NCBI GenBank assembly: GCA_963751435.1 | Contig: CAVVUP010000007.1 | Location: 9,380 to 73,379 of the forward strand | Direction of reading: 5' to 3' | DNA from: an uncultured Verrucomicrobiae bacterium | GTDB lineage: Bacteria; Verrucomicrobiota; Verrucomicrobiia; Limisphaerales; DSYF01 | Length of the DNA stretch: 64,000 nucleotides | Part shown: piece by piece, positions 61,490 through 64,000 of the stretch | Layout: each line of letters opens with the position of its first letter | Position numbering within the stretch: the stretch's first letter is position 1 | Made by a program: the position numbers and the translations under genes | The notes under the pieces: generated by a model | The model's database searches: none | What the model was told of the DNA's origin: nothing | What the model saw: only the letters and a program-made list of their open reading frames with translations

Positions 61490-63283
61490 CTACTCGGCCG
61501 GCCTGATTTCGACGGCCTTCAAGCTCGTCCCGTCGTCAAAGCCCTCGACCGGAAACACCGTGAGGGTGTGGCGTCCGGGTTTCTTGAAAGTCAACATGCC
61601 GAACGGATACGCATGGTAAACCGATGCGGCACCCTGCTGGTTTTGAAGCTTGGTTCCCTCATCGGTTTCAATCACCCACGCAGTCCGGCCTTTGCCCTTG
61701 TACACCAGATCCACGTAATAGTCTCCCGCCCGGGCCACATCGACGATCCAGACGCATCGGGCGTCCGGCTTCCAGGCGCTGGCCTGAACGGCAAATTTCC
61801 ACTCGCCGAACTTGTCCATCCAACTGAGTTTCTTCTTGGTCGCGTTGCTCACCTCCGCAAACTCCACCGGGAGTTCCACCGGACAGTTCGGATAAATCCC
61901 CAGCGTTTCATCCGCCTTGGGCGCCGACTTGAGTTGCACTTCCAGGACGGAAGCCGGCCGATCGGCGGGTGGGCCGGACGGCAGTGCAAACGTGGTCCAG
62001 GCGCCATCGGTTTTCCAGGTGACCGACTGGGGGGCACCGGCGGGGTGAAGGATCGTGGCGGAAGCAATTTCGGATTGCAGCCCCGGCACGAGCAACTGTC
62101 CGTCGGTCGGCCAGTCGAAGATGACACAATGCAGCGTGTTTCCCTGCGTGGTCACATCCCCCCAGGGCAAAGCGTGGCCGAAGGGGGACGGACCCGCCGC
62201 ATAAATCACCTTCGGGTAGCGTTTGATCCACTCACCGGTTTTGATGAGATACTTGGACGCGCCTTCGGGAACGCGGCCTTTGCCATCAATCCCGATGTTG
62301 AGCAGGTAGGTGCCGCCGCGGCCGACGGTGGCCACGAGCCGGTTGAGGATTTCGCGCGAATCCTTCCAGTTCTGGTCATACCACGCATAGGACCACGAGT
62401 CGTCCGTGGTATCGCAGGCTTCCCACAGGTCGGTGGAATTGCGCAGCGGCACTTCCATGTCGCCCCGGCTGTCATAATCGCCCAACCCGTGCCCCACCCG
62501 GCTGCACATCAGCGCCCCGGGCTGGTGTTTCTTCACCAGCTCGACCAGTTCAAGGACGTGTTCCTTGGGCATGTTCCCCGGCGTGTCAAACCAGATGAAT
62601 TTCAGGGGTCCATAGCCGGTGCAGATCTCCTTCACCTGCGGATAACATTTCTCTTTGAAATACTGTTCGAAGGTGGCCGGGCTGCCGTCCGGATTCGTGC
62701 CCGGCCCGCCCGAGCCGCCCGGTGCGGTCCAGTCCTGGTTGTGCGAGTAATAGAAACCGAATCCGAGTCCGGCTTCCCTGCAGGCGGCGGCCAGTTCCTG
62801 CATCGGATCACGCTGGAAGGGCGTGGCGTCGACGATGTTGAACGGGTGCGCCGACTTGAACATCGCGAAGCCCTCGTGGTGTTTCGAGGTGATGATGATC
62901 CACTTCATCCCGGCATCCTTGGCCACCCGGGCGACTTCCCTGGCGTCGAACTCCACCGGATTAAAGTCCTTGGCGAGGGCCATGTATTCAGCGTCCGGGA
63001 TCTTCATCTGGCGTTTGATCCACTCGCCGATACCGTAGAACGTCCTGTCCTTCCACTGGCCGCCGAGATGGGAGAAGAGACCCCAGTGGATGAACATGCC
63101 GTAGTTGCCATCCTGAAAGAACTTGGTGCGGGCGGCGGCATTCGTCTGCGGTTGGTCCACGGGACCGCCCCACATTTTGTCCATGGATTCCTCGGCGTAC
63201 AGGGGCAAAGCGGCCAGGAACAGGGCGCACAGGAAGAGGGTGGGGCTTGGTCGGCTCTGATGGTCAAGAATCGGTTGCTTCAT
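61490..63283 (-). CDS. Alpha-L-fucosidase (GH29)
   Basis: YGMFIHWG, AGMKWIIITSKHHEGF, IWFD, GGTYLLNIG. Confidence 0.93.
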   Translation of the reverse strand: MKQPILDHQSRPSPTLFLCALFLAALPLYAEESMDKMWGGPVDQPQTNAAARTKFFQDGNYGMFIHWGLFSHLGGQWKDRTFYGIGEWIKRQMKIPDAEYMALAKDFNPVEFDAREVARVAKDAGMKWIIITSKHHEGFAMFKSAHPFNIVDATPFQRDPMQELAAACREAGLGFGFYYSHNQDWTAPGGSGGPGTNPDGSPATFEQYFKEKCYPQVKEICTGYGPLKFIWFDTPGNMPKEHVLELVELVKKHQPGALMCSRVGHGLGDYDSRGDMEVPLRNSTDLWEACDTTDDSWSYAWYDQNWKDSREILNRLVATVGRGGTYLLNIGIDGKGRVPEGASKYLIKTGEWIKRYPKVIYAAGPSPFGHALPWGDVTTQGNTLHCVIFDWPTDGQLLVPGLQSEIASATILHPAGAPQSVTWKTDGAWTTFALPSGPPADRPASVLEVQLKSAPKADETLGIYPNCPVELPVEFAEVSNATKKKLSWMDKFGEWKFAVQASAWKPDARCVWIVDVARAGDYYVDLVYKGKGRTAWVIETDEGTKLQNQQGAASVYHAYPFGMLTFKKPGRHTLTVFPVEGFDDGTSLKAVEIRPAE

Positions 63284-63381
63284 GATGGTGTCGGTATTGG
63301 ATATGAGATGGGCAGAGAGTATTCTGGACGCCCGGTCAAGTCAGGCCGTTTGTTCAAGACCCGGTTCATGCGAAATAAGGC

Positions 63382-64000
63382 CTACGGGGCTTTCCGGGCG
63401 GGAATTTCGAGCTTCACCTCCTTCTGCGCACGGACCAGTTGAATCGTCAACGGCCCGTTGGCAACCTGCCGGAGGATGTTCTGAAAATCAGCCAGGGTCT
63501 TTGTTTTCCGGCCATTGATGGCCTGGACAAGATCGTTCCGCTGCAACCCGGCTTTGGCTGCCGGCGAATTGTCCGGAACCTGAATCAACTGGATCCCGCC
63601 ATCTTCCTTGCGGGTGCCGAAGGCGGAGAATTCCTCGCCCTCGATGCCGCGCACGGTCGCCCCGAGCCAGACCTCGGCTTTGTCCTTCGTTTTCGAGGTG
63701 GTGAAGAGTTTCAGCTCCGGAATCTCCGGGGTTTTCGCGATGGCCTTGAGCGCCGGCCTTTTCACGCCGAACTGATCCATCGGGAAGTTCTTGAAACCGA
63801 CCTCAAACGCGGTGGAACCGTCTCTGACGCGGAAATCGCCCTTCGCCGGATTCATGAACAACGGGTCGCCGACCACGGAATGGACATCCCAGCCGAAGGC
63901 GGCATAGCGGTCCTTGATCTTCGGGTCGGTCGAATAATAGAAGTTGCGGTCCACCAGTTTCCCCCTGGCCAACTCCGACGGCGTGTCCACGCCCGCGGGC
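63382..64000 (-). CDS. 3' end of a protein with a C-terminal PDZ domain (probably a beta-helix carbohydrate-active protein)
   Basis: DVHSVVGDPLFMNPAKGDFRV..GFKNFPMDQFGV; SPAAKAGLQRNDLVQAING. Confidence 0.75.
   Translation of the reverse strand, partial: PAGVDTPSELARGKLVDRNFYYSTDPKIKDRYAAFGWDVHSVVGDPLFMNPAKGDFRVRDGSTAFEVGFKNFPMDQFGVKRPALKAIAKTPEIPELKLFTTSKTKDKAEVWLGATVRGIEGEEFSAFGTRKEDGGIQLIQVPDNSPAAKAGLQRNDLVQAINGRKTKTLADFQNILRQVANGPLTIQLVRAQKEVKLEIPARKAP

Noticed and set aside
61223-63442. 739-aa plus-strand ORF
   Set aside because: Antisense to the GH29 fucosidase

Overview
GC-rich bacterial DNA. The gene content (PV-type microcompartment, C-terminal 'YRL' domains, GGAG/GTAG palindromic repeats) suggests Verrucomicrobiota; this is an inference. 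Blocks from left to right: (1) 1-22 kb, a type VI secretion membrane/baseplate cluster (tssJ, tssK, tssL, tssM, tssA). Its regulators look rewired: a catalytically degenerate PpkA-like kinase-TM-TPR protein, a TagF-like-TM-TPR fusion sharing a near-identical ~710 bp TPR cassette with it, a TagH/Fha-like protein with no FHA domain, and a second kinase-like relic. A beta-barrel plus repeat-adhesin pair sits inside the cluster. (2) 22-26.3 kb, two tandem CbcL-like multiheme c/cytochrome b fusions. (3) 26.6-34.6 kb, housekeeping genes (tcdA, nnr, adk, fmt) with several families of REP-like palindromes, some nested and some inside coding frames. (4) 34.8-51.5 kb, rhamnose catabolism (rhaA, rhaT, rhaB), lutABC and a Planctomycetes/Verrucomicrobia-type microcompartment operon ending in PduS/PduT-like genes. 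(5) 51.9-53.1 kb, an HUH/Y1 (RAYT-like) gene bounded by 21 bp terminal inverted repeats with outward tandem expansions. (6) sucCD, YggT, a hybrid kinase, GT9, a GH29 fucosidase and another glycosidase. Many genes, especially at 35-51 kb, are broken by single-base indels that look like long-read errors. All calls are from motif recognition by eye; no searches were run.
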